Assembly (NCBI GenBank): GCA_041496385.1
Contig: JBGQEL010000023.1
Coordinates: 1 to 52,610, forward strand
Direction: 5' to 3'
Length of the DNA: 52,610 bases
DNA from: Candidatus Methylomirabilia bacterium
GTDB lineage: Bacteria; Methylomirabilota; Methylomirabilia; Rokubacteriales; CSP1-6
Shown here in pieces: positions 34,965 to 44,809 of the stretch. Position 1 is the stretch's first letter, and the number at the start of each line of letters is the position of its first letter. The position numbers and the translations under genes were made by a program. The notes below the pieces were generated by a model. It was not told the origin of the DNA and made no database searches. It saw nothing but the letters and a program-made list of their open reading frames with translations.

Positions 34965-34966
34965 GG

Positions 34967-36349
34967 CTAGTCCTTCGGCGCGGCGCGCTTCTTCGCCCGG
35001 CGCGCGGCCCAGCCGTCCTTGACGACTTGCTGGCCGCGGGCCACCGCGAGCGCGTCGGGCGGCACGTTCTTGGTGATGGTGGAACCGGCCCCGATGTACG
35101 CTCCCTCGCCGATCACGAGGGGCGCGACGAGACTGGTGTTGGTGCCGATGAAGGCTCCGTCGCCGATCTTCGTCTCGTGCTTGGCGACGCCGTCGTAGTT
35201 GCACGTGATGGTGCCCGCACCGATGTTGACGCGCTCGCCGACCGTGGCATCGCCAACGTATGACAGGTGCGGCACCTTCGAGCCGCGCCCGATGCGAGAC
35301 TTCTTCAGCTCGACGAAGTTCCCGATCTTCGCCTTGGGACCGACGTGCGACAGCGGTCGCAGGTGACAGAATGGACCGAGCTGGGCCTCGTCCTCGATCG
35401 TCGACTCCACGAGGACGCAATAGGGCTTCAGTTGCACCCGGTCGGCCAGGCGCGAGGCGCTGATCTGACAGCCACTGCCGATCACGCACTCGCTGCCGAT
35501 GCTCGTGGCGCCTTCGATGACCACGTTGGGGTAGACCGTCGTGTCGGGGCCGATCGTGACCGCGTCCTCGATGTAGGTGCTGGCAGGGTCCAGGATGGTG
35601 ACACCGTCGGCCATGAGCCGCTCGAGGATCCGGCCCCGCTGGATGGCGGCGACGGCCGCGAGCTGCTTTCTGTCGTTGATGCCGAGCGCCTCGACCGGAT
35701 CGGCGGCGGCCTGGGCCTCGATGCGGCCACCGGCTCTGGCCAGGATCCCGATCACGTCCGTCAGATAGTATTCGCCCTGCTCATTGTCGGGCTTCACGTC
35801 GTCCAGCGCGGCCCAGAGTCGGGGGCCCGCGAAGCAGTAGACGCTCGTGTTGATCTCGTTGATCTTCTTCTGGTCGTCGGTGGCGTCTCGGTCCTCGACG
35901 ATGCGCTTGACGCGACCACCCTGACGGAGGATGCGCCCGTAACCCTGCGGGCGGTCGACGACGGCGGTGAGCACGGTCGCCGCGGCGCCCGTCGCCTGGT
36001 GATGACCCACGAGCCGCTCGAGCGTCTCGCTCGAGAGCAGTGGAACGTCACCGGGCAGGACGAGGATCGTTCCGCCGCCGGCGCCGACCGCGCGGGCCTG
36101 GAGGACCGCGTGGCCCGTGCCGAGGCGCTCACGTTGCTCGACGATCGCCACGTCGTCGCCGACGACGGTCCGGACCGGCTCGGCGTTCGGCCCCACCACG
36201 ACGACGATCCGGTCGGCCAGGGCGCGCGCCGTGCGAAGCGCGTAGCCGATCAGCGGGCGGCCGCAGAGCGGATGCAGGACCTTCGGCTGCCGGGACCGCA
36301 TCCGCTTGCCTTCGCCCGCGGCGAGGATGACGACCGTGAGTCCATGCAT
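34967..36349 (-). CDS. glmU: Bifunctional GlcNAc-1-P uridyltransferase / GlcN-1-P acetyltransferase
   Basis: LAAGEGKRM, LGTGHA, GYGRI, EYYLTD, GNFVELK, HLSYVGDA, GAGTITCNYDG. Confidence 0.97.
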   Translation of the reverse strand: MHGLTVVILAAGEGKRMRSRQPKVLHPLCGRPLIGYALRTARALADRIVVVVGPNAEPVRTVVGDDVAIVEQRERLGTGHAVLQARAVGAGGGTILVLPGDVPLLSSETLERLVGHHQATGAAATVLTAVVDRPQGYGRILRQGGRVKRIVEDRDATDDQKKINEINTSVYCFAGPRLWAALDDVKPDNEQGEYYLTDVIGILARAGGRIEAQAAADPVEALGINDRKQLAAVAAIQRGRILERLMADGVTILDPASTYIEDAVTIGPDTTVYPNVVIEGATSIGSECVIGSGCQISASRLADRVQLKPYCVLVESTIEDEAQLGPFCHLRPLSHVGPKAKIGNFVELKKSRIGRGSKVPHLSYVGDATVGERVNIGAGTITCNYDGVAKHETKIGDGAFIGTNTSLVAPLVIGEGAYIGAGSTITKNVPPDALAVARGQQVVKDGWAARRAKKRAAPKD

Positions 36350-36441
36350 GCGGCAATTCTACTCCAGAGCGTCCGCGCCAAGAGGATTCGCTGCGCACCT
36401 TTCCGGAAATGACGGGTGCCCGCGGCGTGGGCACGACGGAT

Positions 36442-37362
36442 TCAGGCGCGGCGCGCGCCCGCGAGCAGTCGTTCCATCCGCGGAGGTCGCGGCGACGAGA
36501 AATCCATGGGGCGGCCGGTGACGGGATGCACGAAGGCGAGCCGCTCGGCGTGGAGCGCCAGACCCTCGAAGGGTACCGGTAGGGGGTCCTGCTGACGACC
36601 TCTATAGGTGACGTCACCAGCGACGGGATGACCGAGCGACGCGAGGTGCACGCGGATCTGGTGCGTGCGGCCTGTCTCGAGACTCGCCTGGAGCAGCGTG
36701 AAGTGCCGGAACCGCTCGAGCACCCGGTAGCGCGTGACCGCGCGCTTGCCGCGTCCGGCGGGAAGCACGGCCATCCTCACCCGGTCGTGCGGGTGGCGAC
36801 CGATCGGCTTGTCGATCACTCCCTCGTCCGCGCGCACGCGCCCGTGGACGAGCGCGCCGTAGCGCCGGGTCACGGTACGGCGTGCGAGCTGGTCGACGAG
36901 GGCCTCGTACGCGATCTGCGTCTTGGCGACGACGAGGAGTCCCGACGTGTCCTTGTCGAGGCGGTGCACGATGCCAGGCCGGCGAGGGCCGCCGACGCCG
37001 GCGATCCCGGGCGCGTGGGCGAGCACGGCGGCGGCGAGGGTGCCCCGCGCGTGTCCGGCCCCTGGATGGACCACGAGACCCGCGGGCTTGTCGAGGACGA
37101 GGACGTGCTCGTCCTCGTACACGATCGCGAGCTCACCCGGCTCCGGGACGAGCTCCTCGGGGGTCGGCGGCGGAACCTCCACTTCGATGGAGTCACCGGC
37201 GCGGACGCGGTGGGCGGGTGTCCCGGTCATCCCGTTCACGCGCACGTGCCCACCCACGATCAGCCGCTTGAGGCGCTCGCGCGAGAGGTCGGGGAAGCGT
37301 CCGGTCAGCCAACGATCGAGGCGCGTTCCAGCCGCCGCCGGCTCGACGGACAGCGGTGCCAC
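36442..37362 (-). CDS. rluD: RluA/RluD-family pseudouridine synthase
   Basis: S4 domain, KPAGLVVHPGAG, GIVHRLDKDTSG, LETGRTHQIRVH. Confidence 0.9.
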   Translation of the reverse strand: MAPLSVEPAAAGTRLDRWLTGRFPDLSRERLKRLIVGGHVRVNGMTGTPAHRVRAGDSIEVEVPPPTPEELVPEPGELAIVYEDEHVLVLDKPAGLVVHPGAGHARGTLAAAVLAHAPGIAGVGGPRRPGIVHRLDKDTSGLLVVAKTQIAYEALVDQLARRTVTRRYGALVHGRVRADEGVIDKPIGRHPHDRVRMAVLPAGRGKRAVTRYRVLERFRHFTLLQASLETGRTHQIRVHLASLGHPVAGDVTYRGRQQDPLPVPFEGLALHAERLAFVHPVTGRPMDFSSPRPPRMERLLAGARRA

Positions 37363-37363
37363 G

Positions 37364-37855
37364 CTAGGCCGGACGCTCGGCCCGGTCGGTCATGAGACGG
37401 AGCGCCAGGAGTGTCACGCCGACCGAGATCGCGGAATCGGCGACGTTGAACGCCGGCCAGTGCCACATGCGGTAGTACACGTCGATGAAGTCGACCACGG
37501 CGCCGAAGCGGATGCGGTCGATCAGGTTGCCCACCGCGCCCCCGAACACGAGGCCGATGGTGCCATGGTCGATGAAGCCGCCGCGCGGCAGCACGCGCAG
37601 CGCAACGCGGACGAGCGCCAGGAGCGCGCCGAGCGACAGGAACGCCACGATCCAGCGCCAGCCCACGGGCACCCCCGAGAGAAGCCCGAAGGCGAGACCG
37701 GGGTTCATGACGAGCGAGAGCGCGAGACAGCCGTCGATGAGCGGGACGGTCGAACCCGGAGCGAGACGGTCGAGCGCCAGCATCTTCGTGTACTGATCCA
37801 GAAGGACTACGGCGCCCGCGACGACGAAGAGGCGCGTCGCGGTGGTTCGCGTCAT
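37364..37855 (-). CDS. lspA: Lipoprotein signal peptidase II
   Basis: LDQYTK, NPGLAFG, GGAVGNLIDR, VVDFID, AFNVADSAI. Confidence 0.96.
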   Translation of the reverse strand: MTRTTATRLFVVAGAVVLLDQYTKMLALDRLAPGSTVPLIDGCLALSLVMNPGLAFGLLSGVPVGWRWIVAFLSLGALLALVRVALRVLPRGGFIDHGTIGLVFGGAVGNLIDRIRFGAVVDFIDVYYRMWHWPAFNVADSAISVGVTLLALRLMTDRAERPA

Positions 37856-37897
37856 GTCTCTGACAATTTCACCGCTCGGCTCGCGGCGCGACCCCGC

Positions 37898-40726
37898 TCA
37901 CCTCGCACTGCCACCTACCACCGGGAGGCAGCGCTCGCAGAGCTCGGGATGCTCGCGGCTCTCGCCCACTCGTTCGCTCCAGGTCCAGCAGCGCTGGCAC
38001 TTCCGGCCCCTCGCCTTGTCCACGCCGATGACCAGCCCGGGAATCTCCTGGCTCTCGTAGCGCACCGCGGGCTTCGCCTGGCCAGCCTGGAGCTCCACCT
38101 GCGACACGATGAAGAGCGTCGGCAGCAGCGGGCGCTTGGCGCGGAAGAGGTCGGGAAGATCCTCGGGCGCGTGCATCAGCGCGACGCGCGCCTCGAGGCC
38201 GCTGCCGATCAGCCCCTGGGCGCGGGCCGTCTCGAGGGCCTTGGCGACCTCCCGCCGCACCTCGAGCAGGCGGTCCCAGTCACGCTTGAGCACGTCGTCC
38301 AGCCACTCGACGGGCTCCTCGGGAAAGCGCTCGAGATGGATGCTCTCGCTCCGGGCACCCGGCAGGTGCCGCCAGGCCTCCTCGGCGGTGAACGTGAGGA
38401 TCGGCGCCATGAGCCGCGCGAGCGCGACGAAGACGTCGTAGCAGGCCGTCTGCGCCGCCCGCCGGCGCGGGTCGGCCGGCGCCGAGGTGTACAGCCGATC
38501 CTTGATGATGTCGAGGTACTGGGCAGAAAGATCCACCGCGCAGAAGTTGTGGACGGAGTGGAACACCGTGTGGAATTCGTACTCCTCGTAGGCGCGCCGG
38601 ACGCGCCCGATCAGCCGCCCCAGCCGGTCGAGCATCCAGCGATCGATCTCATCCAGGTGCGCGTAGGGCTGTCTCTCGTGCGCGGGATCGAAGTCGCCCA
38701 GATTGCCGAGCAGGAACCGGAAGGTGTTGCGGATCCGCCGGTACGCGTCGGCGAGCCGGTCCAGGATCTCGAAGGACATGCGAATGTCCTGCGTGTAGTC
38801 TTCCGCGGCGACCCACAACCGGAGGACCTCCGCGCCGTACTTCGGCAGAAGGTCCTCGAGACCGATGACGTTGCCCAGAGACTTGGACATCTTCCGCCCG
38901 TCGCCGTCGACGAAGAATCCGTGGGTGATCACGCTCCTGTACGGCGGCTTGCCGCGCGTGCCGACCGCCTCGAGCAGTGAGGACTGGAACCATCCGCGGT
39001 GCTGATCGGAGCCCTCGAGGTACATCTCGGCCGGCCAGCGCAGATCCGATCGCGTCTCGAGCACCGCCGCGTGGCTGCAGCCCGAGTCGAACCACACGTC
39101 GAGAATGTCCGACTCCTTCCGGAATCGCCCGCCGCCGCACGCCGCGCACCGCGTGCCGGCCGGCAGCAACTCGGCCGCGTCACGCGCATACCACTCGTCG
39201 CCGCCCCGCCCTTCGCGGAAGAGCCGCGCGACATGCTCGACCACCGGCTCCTCGAGCAGGAGCGCGCCGCATCCCTCGCAATAGAACGCGATGATCGGGA
39301 CGCCCCAGACGCGCTGGCGCGAGATGACCCACTCGGGGCGGTGGGCGACCATGTTGTGGATCCGCTCCTCGCCCCACGGCGGGATCCACCGCACGTCGCG
39401 CTTGATCGCGTCGAGCACGCGCGCACGGAATTCCTGCTTGTCGAGCGCGATGAACCACTGCTCCGTGGCGCGGAAGAGCGTGGGGTTCTTGCAACGCCAG
39501 CAGTGGGGATAGGTGTGATCGAGCGGCCGCTCCGCGACCAGCATGCCCCTCTGCTTCAGGTGCTCGACGATCTTGGGATTGGCCTCCCACACCGTGAGCC
39601 CGGCGAAGCGCTCCACGTCCGGCACGAAGCGTCCGTCGTCGTCCACCGGGTTGTAGATCGCGAGGCCGAGCGAGCGCCCGAGCTCGTAGTCCTCCTCACC
39701 GTGGCCCGGCGCGACGTGGACGAGGCCCGTGCCCGTGTCCATCGCGACGAAGCCGGCGCCGGCGACGCGCCCCGTACGCTCGATCCACGCGTGACGGTAC
39801 TCGAGGCCCACGAGCGCGCGGCCGGGGAATGCGCCGACCCTCCGAGCCCCCTCGAGATGGGCCGTCCGCACGAAGGCCTCGGCGAGCTTCTCGGCGACGA
39901 CGAGCGTCTCGTTTTCTCCCACGGCATTGGACACCGAGAGCGCCACGTACTCTTCGTCCGGATGGACGGCGACCGCGAGGTTCGCCGGAAGCGTCCAGGG
40001 TGTGGTCGTCCAGATGACGAGCGAGGGTTTCGGAGCGTCGGCGACCCCGGGGAGGGCGGAGACGAGCGGGAACCGCACGTACACAGACGGAGTGCGCTGA
40101 TCCTCGTACTCGACCTCCGCCTGCGCGAGCGCGGTCTTGCAGTGCATGCACCAGTGCACTGGCTTGAGGCCCTTGTAGACGAGACCGCGCCCGACGAACC
40201 TCCCGAATTCGCGCGCGATCACCGCTTCGTAGGCGGGCGTCATCGTGACGTAGGGGTTCTCCCAGTCACCGAAGACGCCGAGGCGCTTGAACTCCTCGCG
40301 CTGGATGTCGATGAACCGGAGCGCGTACTCACGACAGCGGCGTCGCTTCTCGACCGGATCCATCGCGCGCCGCACGTCCGTCGTCGCTTTGTCGAGGCCG
40401 AGCTCCTTGTCGACCTGGTGCTCGATCGGCAGGCCGTGGCAATCCCAGCCCGGAACGTAGACCGCGTTGAAGCCGAGCATCGCGTGCGACTTGACGATCA
40501 CGTCCTTGAGGACCTTGTTGAGGACGTGGCCGAGGTGAATGTTGCCGTTCGCGTAGGGGGGACCGTCGTGGAGGATCCAGAGGGGACGGTCCGCGGCCGC
40601 CTCGCGCAGGCGCTTGTAGATGCCGAACTGGCCCCACCACGCCAGCATCTTCGGCTCGGTCTGGGACAGGTTCGCCTTCATCGGGAAGGCCGTTTTCGGC
40701 AGGTTTAGCGTGGCCTTGTAGTCCAT
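37898..40726 (-). CDS. ileS: Isoleucine-tRNA ligase (type 1, C-terminal Zn finger)
   Basis: LHDGPPYANGNIHLGH, PGWDCHGLPIE, WTTTPWTLP, EGSDQHRGWF, KMSKSLGN, KCQRCW...LCERC. Confidence 0.98.
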   Translation of the reverse strand: MDYKATLNLPKTAFPMKANLSQTEPKMLAWWGQFGIYKRLREAAADRPLWILHDGPPYANGNIHLGHVLNKVLKDVIVKSHAMLGFNAVYVPGWDCHGLPIEHQVDKELGLDKATTDVRRAMDPVEKRRRCREYALRFIDIQREEFKRLGVFGDWENPYVTMTPAYEAVIAREFGRFVGRGLVYKGLKPVHWCMHCKTALAQAEVEYEDQRTPSVYVRFPLVSALPGVADAPKPSLVIWTTTPWTLPANLAVAVHPDEEYVALSVSNAVGENETLVVAEKLAEAFVRTAHLEGARRVGAFPGRALVGLEYRHAWIERTGRVAGAGFVAMDTGTGLVHVAPGHGEEDYELGRSLGLAIYNPVDDDGRFVPDVERFAGLTVWEANPKIVEHLKQRGMLVAERPLDHTYPHCWRCKNPTLFRATEQWFIALDKQEFRARVLDAIKRDVRWIPPWGEERIHNMVAHRPEWVISRQRVWGVPIIAFYCEGCGALLLEEPVVEHVARLFREGRGGDEWYARDAAELLPAGTRCAACGGGRFRKESDILDVWFDSGCSHAAVLETRSDLRWPAEMYLEGSDQHRGWFQSSLLEAVGTRGKPPYRSVITHGFFVDGDGRKMSKSLGNVIGLEDLLPKYGAEVLRLWVAAEDYTQDIRMSFEILDRLADAYRRIRNTFRFLLGNLGDFDPAHERQPYAHLDEIDRWMLDRLGRLIGRVRRAYEEYEFHTVFHSVHNFCAVDLSAQYLDIIKDRLYTSAPADPRRRAAQTACYDVFVALARLMAPILTFTAEEAWRHLPGARSESIHLERFPEEPVEWLDDVLKRDWDRLLEVRREVAKALETARAQGLIGSGLEARVALMHAPEDLPDLFRAKRPLLPTLFIVSQVELQAGQAKPAVRYESQEIPGLVIGVDKARGRKCQRCWTWSERVGESREHPELCERCLPVVGGSAR

Positions 40727-40757
40727 GACCGGGGGGTCATGGTAACACGGCGCCGCG

Positions 40758-41402
40758 CTACTTCGGGCTGAGGGTGACGACCCCTGCCTTGTTGTCGATC
40801 GACACCTTGAACTGATCGAGGAAATCGCGGCCGAGGAGACCGTCGACCCCCCGCTGCTCGATGTCGTGCGAGATCACCGCGAGCTTGCCGACCTTGGCCT
40901 GGCCGACCTCGACGGAGTCCAGCTGGACCGTGCTGACGTTCGCGGTGCCCGTCGCCCCCTTCAACTCGGTGGCCTCGCTCTGCTGGAGCGACACGCCGGC
41001 CGCGGCGAGCACGCGGGGGTTGATCACCGAACGCTGGGCGCCCGTGTCGAGGAGCAGCTTGGCCGCCGTGCCGCCGTTGAGCCGAGCGTCCACCACGATC
41101 TCCTCGCCGGGGGTGAACTTGACCTGGGCGCTGCCCGCTCCGACGGCCCCCGTGGCTCCCGCGGCGCCAGGCGTCGCTGGATCGGCCCCGGGCGCCGACG
41201 GCGCGGCCGCGGGTGCAGGCGGCGCGTTGCGTAGACCCATGGGCACGGCGGTCGAGCGGTGCTTCGGCGGCACGCTGTCGATGCCTTCGGTGTAGTTCGG
41301 GACGCCGCGTTCGTCGATCCAGCGGTAGATCTCGGCTTCGGAGGCGGCCGGTCGCCCGAGCAGCAGGAACGCCGCGACGAACAGTACGGCCGCTCGGATC
41401 AT
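40758..41402 (-). CDS. Secreted DUF4124 + retropepsin-like aspartyl protease
   Basis: Signal peptide, EIYRWIDERGVPNYT (DUF4124-like), LLDTGA, GLLGRDFL. Confidence 0.85.
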   Translation of the reverse strand: MIRAAVLFVAAFLLLGRPAASEAEIYRWIDERGVPNYTEGIDSVPPKHRSTAVPMGLRNAPPAPAAAPSAPGADPATPGAAGATGAVGAGSAQVKFTPGEEIVVDARLNGGTAAKLLLDTGAQRSVINPRVLAAAGVSLQQSEATELKGATGTANVSTVQLDSVEVGQAKVGKLAVISHDIEQRGVDGLLGRDFLDQFKVSIDNKAGVVTLSPK

Positions 41403-41409
41403 GAGCGAA

Positions 41410-42960
41410 TCATACCGTACAACGCGCCAGCCGGTACACGACCATTTCGGGTCCGCCCGAGACTTCGTTGCGCTCCAGGCGGACGCTGTAGATGGGCTGC
41501 AGGAGGTCGCGACGCGCGGCCAGCTCGGGAAACCACGTCGGGAAGATGATCACGTGGTCCGGACACGTCTCGAGCAAGAAGCGCGTCACACCCCCCTCGC
41601 CCTGGCGGCGGTACGGGATGATCCCGGGGGTCACCAGGCCCATCAGGTCGATCACTTCGCGACGCGAGAAGTAAGCGATCGCGCCGATGTCGTTGACCGC
41701 GATCCGCGCGCTCGCCGGGAGGTTCGCGGCCACCCAGATTCCGAGATGGACCTGCATCGCGTTGATGTTCTGCACCGCCCACGCGTACCGCGTCGACGCC
41801 GGAAGGAGCGCGAGCAGCGCTGTGCCGAGGTACAGGGCGACCGCCAGACGACGCCAGGCCGACGACCGCGCGGCAGGTTGGACGGGTCGGGTGGGCATCG
41901 CGGCGCCGCGCCCCGACGTTCTCAGGCCACGCCCCGTCCACGCCGACCCAACGGCCCCCGCTGAAACGGCAAGAACGACGAAGGCGAGCGGCAGAAGGTG
42001 GATGGAGTACCGCCCCTCCTGGAACGCGGGACCGCGGTACGGCGCGAGCAGCGCCATCCCGAGCGGGTGCGCGAGGAGCGCGAGCGCAGGCATTCCCAGC
42101 ACCCGCCCACGACAGACCCACGCGAGGATGATGCCCGGGATCAGCGCGAGGGGCAGCGTCCACTGCGTCTGCGCCAGCCAGCCCAACCACTCGAGCGAGA
42201 ACTCCCACGGTCGACCCAGCCAGACCCGCGCCGCGGGCTCGCGCAGCCCGCTGAGCCAGCCGATGAGGCCGCCCTCGATCTTCGCGGCCGCGGGCGCGGG
42301 ATACGGCGCCCCCGCGGTCCAGAGGCTGAACAGGACGACCGGGGCGACCATCGCGGCCGTCGCGCCCGCGAAGACGAGCGCTCGGCGGAGCCCCAGCGGG
42401 CGCGCGAGGCCGAGGAACGGCACCAGCAAGAGCGCCTCCGGCCGAGCAATCACCGCCAGGGCGGCGCACAGGGCGCTCCAGCCGAGCCGGTCGCGCGCGT
42501 GCGCGAGAAGTGCAGCCGCGCAGAGCGCGGCCGCGAGGGAAACTTCCATTCCCGAGAGCGCGCCCCACGCCATCGGGCCCGTCCAGAGGAGACCGATCGC
42601 GGCCAGGAGGGCCAGCGCGGGCGGCGCGCCGAAGGCGAGCGCCGCGCGGCGAGTCACGAGCGCGGCGCCGAGCGCCGCCACGACGCCGAGCGTCTTGACC
42701 ATGAGAAGCGAAGGCCCGAGCGCCGCCGCGCCCAGCGCGAGCGCCAGCGTCCAGAGCGGTGCGGTCGAGCCCGCGACGGGCACACCCGGGTTGTACGCGA
42801 ATCCCGAGCCCTCGGCGATGTTCCGGGCGAAATGGAGATGAATCCAGGAGTCGTCGAGGGGAAAGCCGGCGGCGCCCGCGATCTGCTGCTCGCGCCCGAC
42901 GAAGAGAACGAGCGGCGCGAGCGCGAAGAGGACTACGAGGAGGTCATCGCGTCTTGGCAC
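41410..42960 (-). CDS. Multi-TM GT-C-type glycosyltransferase-like membrane protein
   Basis: FPLDDSWIHLHFARN, GSTAPLW, SGMEV, RPE, DIGAIAYF..IDLMGLVTP; many TMs. Start GTG 42960 (approximate). Confidence 0.7.
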   Translation of the reverse strand: MPRRDDLLVVLFALAPLVLFVGREQQIAGAAGFPLDDSWIHLHFARNIAEGSGFAYNPGVPVAGSTAPLWTLALALGAAALGPSLLMVKTLGVVAALGAALVTRRAALAFGAPPALALLAAIGLLWTGPMAWGALSGMEVSLAAALCAAALLAHARDRLGWSALCAALAVIARPEALLLVPFLGLARPLGLRRALVFAGATAAMVAPVVLFSLWTAGAPYPAPAAAKIEGGLIGWLSGLREPAARVWLGRPWEFSLEWLGWLAQTQWTLPLALIPGIILAWVCRGRVLGMPALALLAHPLGMALLAPYRGPAFQEGRYSIHLLPLAFVVLAVSAGAVGSAWTGRGLRTSGRGAAMPTRPVQPAARSSAWRRLAVALYLGTALLALLPASTRYAWAVQNINAMQVHLGIWVAANLPASARIAVNDIGAIAYFSRREVIDLMGLVTPGIIPYRRQGEGGVTRFLLETCPDHVIIFPTWFPELAARRDLLQPIYSVRLERNEVSGGPEMVVYRLARCTV

Positions 42961-44485
42961 GTCGAGGCGGCTCGCGCACGAGCGTGTAGTCCCCGTACGC
43001 GATCGGGCGGCGGTCGAGCGGCAGCACGTACAGATAGCGGCCGTGCGGCAGCTCGATCTCGACGAGGCCCGGCGGCCGCGACGTCGCCGGGCTCCAGTGG
43101 TCCACGAACCACACGAGGCGTTTTGCCGTCGCCGGCACCCTGAGGTCGGTCTCCGGGAACTGCGCCATGGACGACGAGAGGCGCGAGGCACGGTATCCGA
43201 GGGTCGGGCCGTCGATCTGGAGCTCGTAGGTCGCGTACTCGGGGAGGTAGAACATCGCGTGACGAAACCAGGGATACGACCGCGCGTTGCCCTGCTCGGT
43301 GATCAGCACGGTCTCGTCGGGTGGGAACATCCCGCGGATCGCGTCGACGAATGTCCGCACGATCTCCTCGTGCTCTCGGAGCGCGGCGGCGGTGCGGCTC
43401 CAGACCCAGTCGAAGGCGTCGTCCTGCGCCACGCGGATCCAGGCGGGCCGCGGCGTCTCGAAGTCGCGCGTCATCGGGCGCGCCGAGACGAAGAACGCGC
43501 CGTTGACCAGAACGACCAGCGTGACGGCGGCCGCGCTCAACACCGGCCGCGCGCGCGGGTAGCGCGCGCGCTCGGCCGCATGGGCGAGCGCGGTGACGAG
43601 CACTCGAGAAAGAAAGATCACGAGCGCCGGCAGGAACGTGAGGACGTACCCCGCCTGCCCGAAGTGCACGAGCGTGTAGACGAGCACGGGCGGGACGGTC
43701 CAGCCGACGAGAAAACCCTCGCGCCACCCCCAGCCGTGGCGGCGGACGTACCAGGGCGCCAGGAGCGCCGCGGCGGCGAGCGGGCCCAGCCCGACCAGCA
43801 CGGACTCGATGAGATACCGACACATGCGGAGGCTGACCTCCAACGGGCCACCGAGGATCGAGGTCGGCCTCACGACGGAGCCCGCGAGGTCGACGGACGC
43901 GGCCAGGTAGCGCGCCAGGCCTCCTGTGAGCCAGACCATCGGCACGAACCACGTCAGGACGCAGCCGACGAGGATCACCCCGCCGAGGGCCAGTACCCGG
44001 GCGCGGCGGATGCCGAAGGCGACCGAGCCCAGCCAGAGCGGAAAGAGCAGGACCAGCAGCGACTGTCGGACGCCGCCCGCGAGTCCGAGGTAGCCCGCCG
44101 CCAGCCACCCGTCGGTTCGGCTTCCCTCGAGCGCGCGGAAGGCGTAGTAGGCGACCATGGACGCGAAAAGCGCCTCCGCGGCATAGGACAGCCCCACCGA
44201 GCCGTAGAACCAGAAGAGGGGGCTGACGGCGAGGAGCGTGGCGGCGGCCAGGGCCGTGGCCCGGTCGTAGATCGCCCGGGCCAGATAGTAGACCACGAAC
44301 GTCGTGAGCCCGCTCATGACGACGGCGAGCGCCACGTACGCCGACGTCGGGTTGTCGAACCATGTGTTCACGAGTCGCCCGAGGGCGACGTAGAGGATGT
44401 ATCCCGGCGGGTGAGGCTGGTGCTTGACGACGTCGTATTCGCGCAGTGCCAGGGCGAACTGCACCGCGTCCCAGTTGTACAGCAT
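42944..44485 (-). CDS. PMT-like / DUF2723 multi-TM glycosyltransferase
   Basis: WDAVQFALA..YD..HQPHPPGYILY, SPLFWFYG, LAGGVRQ; many TMs. The first in-frame ATG after tatA is 44485, but a TM helix is encoded upstream, so the true start may be nearer 44580. Confidence 0.7.
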   Translation of the reverse strand: MLYNWDAVQFALALREYDVVKHQPHPPGYILYVALGRLVNTWFDNPTSAYVALAVVMSGLTTFVVYYLARAIYDRATALAAATLLAVSPLFWFYGSVGLSYAAEALFASMVAYYAFRALEGSRTDGWLAAGYLGLAGGVRQSLLVLLFPLWLGSVAFGIRRARVLALGGVILVGCVLTWFVPMVWLTGGLARYLAASVDLAGSVVRPTSILGGPLEVSLRMCRYLIESVLVGLGPLAAAALLAPWYVRRHGWGWREGFLVGWTVPPVLVYTLVHFGQAGYVLTFLPALVIFLSRVLVTALAHAAERARYPRARPVLSAAAVTLVVLVNGAFFVSARPMTRDFETPRPAWIRVAQDDAFDWVWSRTAAALREHEEIVRTFVDAIRGMFPPDETVLITEQGNARSYPWFRHAMFYLPEYATYELQIDGPTLGYRASRLSSSMAQFPETDLRVPATAKRLVWFVDHWSPATSRPPGLVEIELPHGRYLYVLPLDRRPIAYGDYTLVREPPRRAKTR

Positions 44486-44583
44486 CCGGGCGCGGTACGG
44501 CAGGCGTGAGAGGATCGTCAGGAGCGAAAGGGCCGCCGCGACGGCGAGATCGAAGCGGTCGGCCCGCCGGTCAGGTGCAGGGG

Positions 44584-44775
44584 CTACGACGCCTTTTTCT
44601 CCTCTTCCTTCTTGGCGGCCGCCGCGTCGTCCTTCGACGACTCCTGCACGCCCTTCTTGAACTCCTTCATGCTCGAGCCCAGGGAGCGGGCGAGCTCCGG
44701 AAGCTTGCTGCCGCCGAAGAGCACCAGCACGATCACGAGAATGACGAGCAGTTCCTGGTAGCCAAGGCCAAACAT
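44584..44775 (-). CDS. tatA: Twin-arginine translocase TatA/E
   Basis: [49 protein letters not shown]. Confidence 0.95.
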   Translation of the reverse strand: MFGLGYQELLVILVIVLVLFGGSKLPELARSLGSSMKEFKKGVQESSKDDAAAAKKEEEKKAS

Positions 44776-44809
44776 GGTTGGCTCCTTTCCGCCCCACCTT
44801 AGCGCGCCC

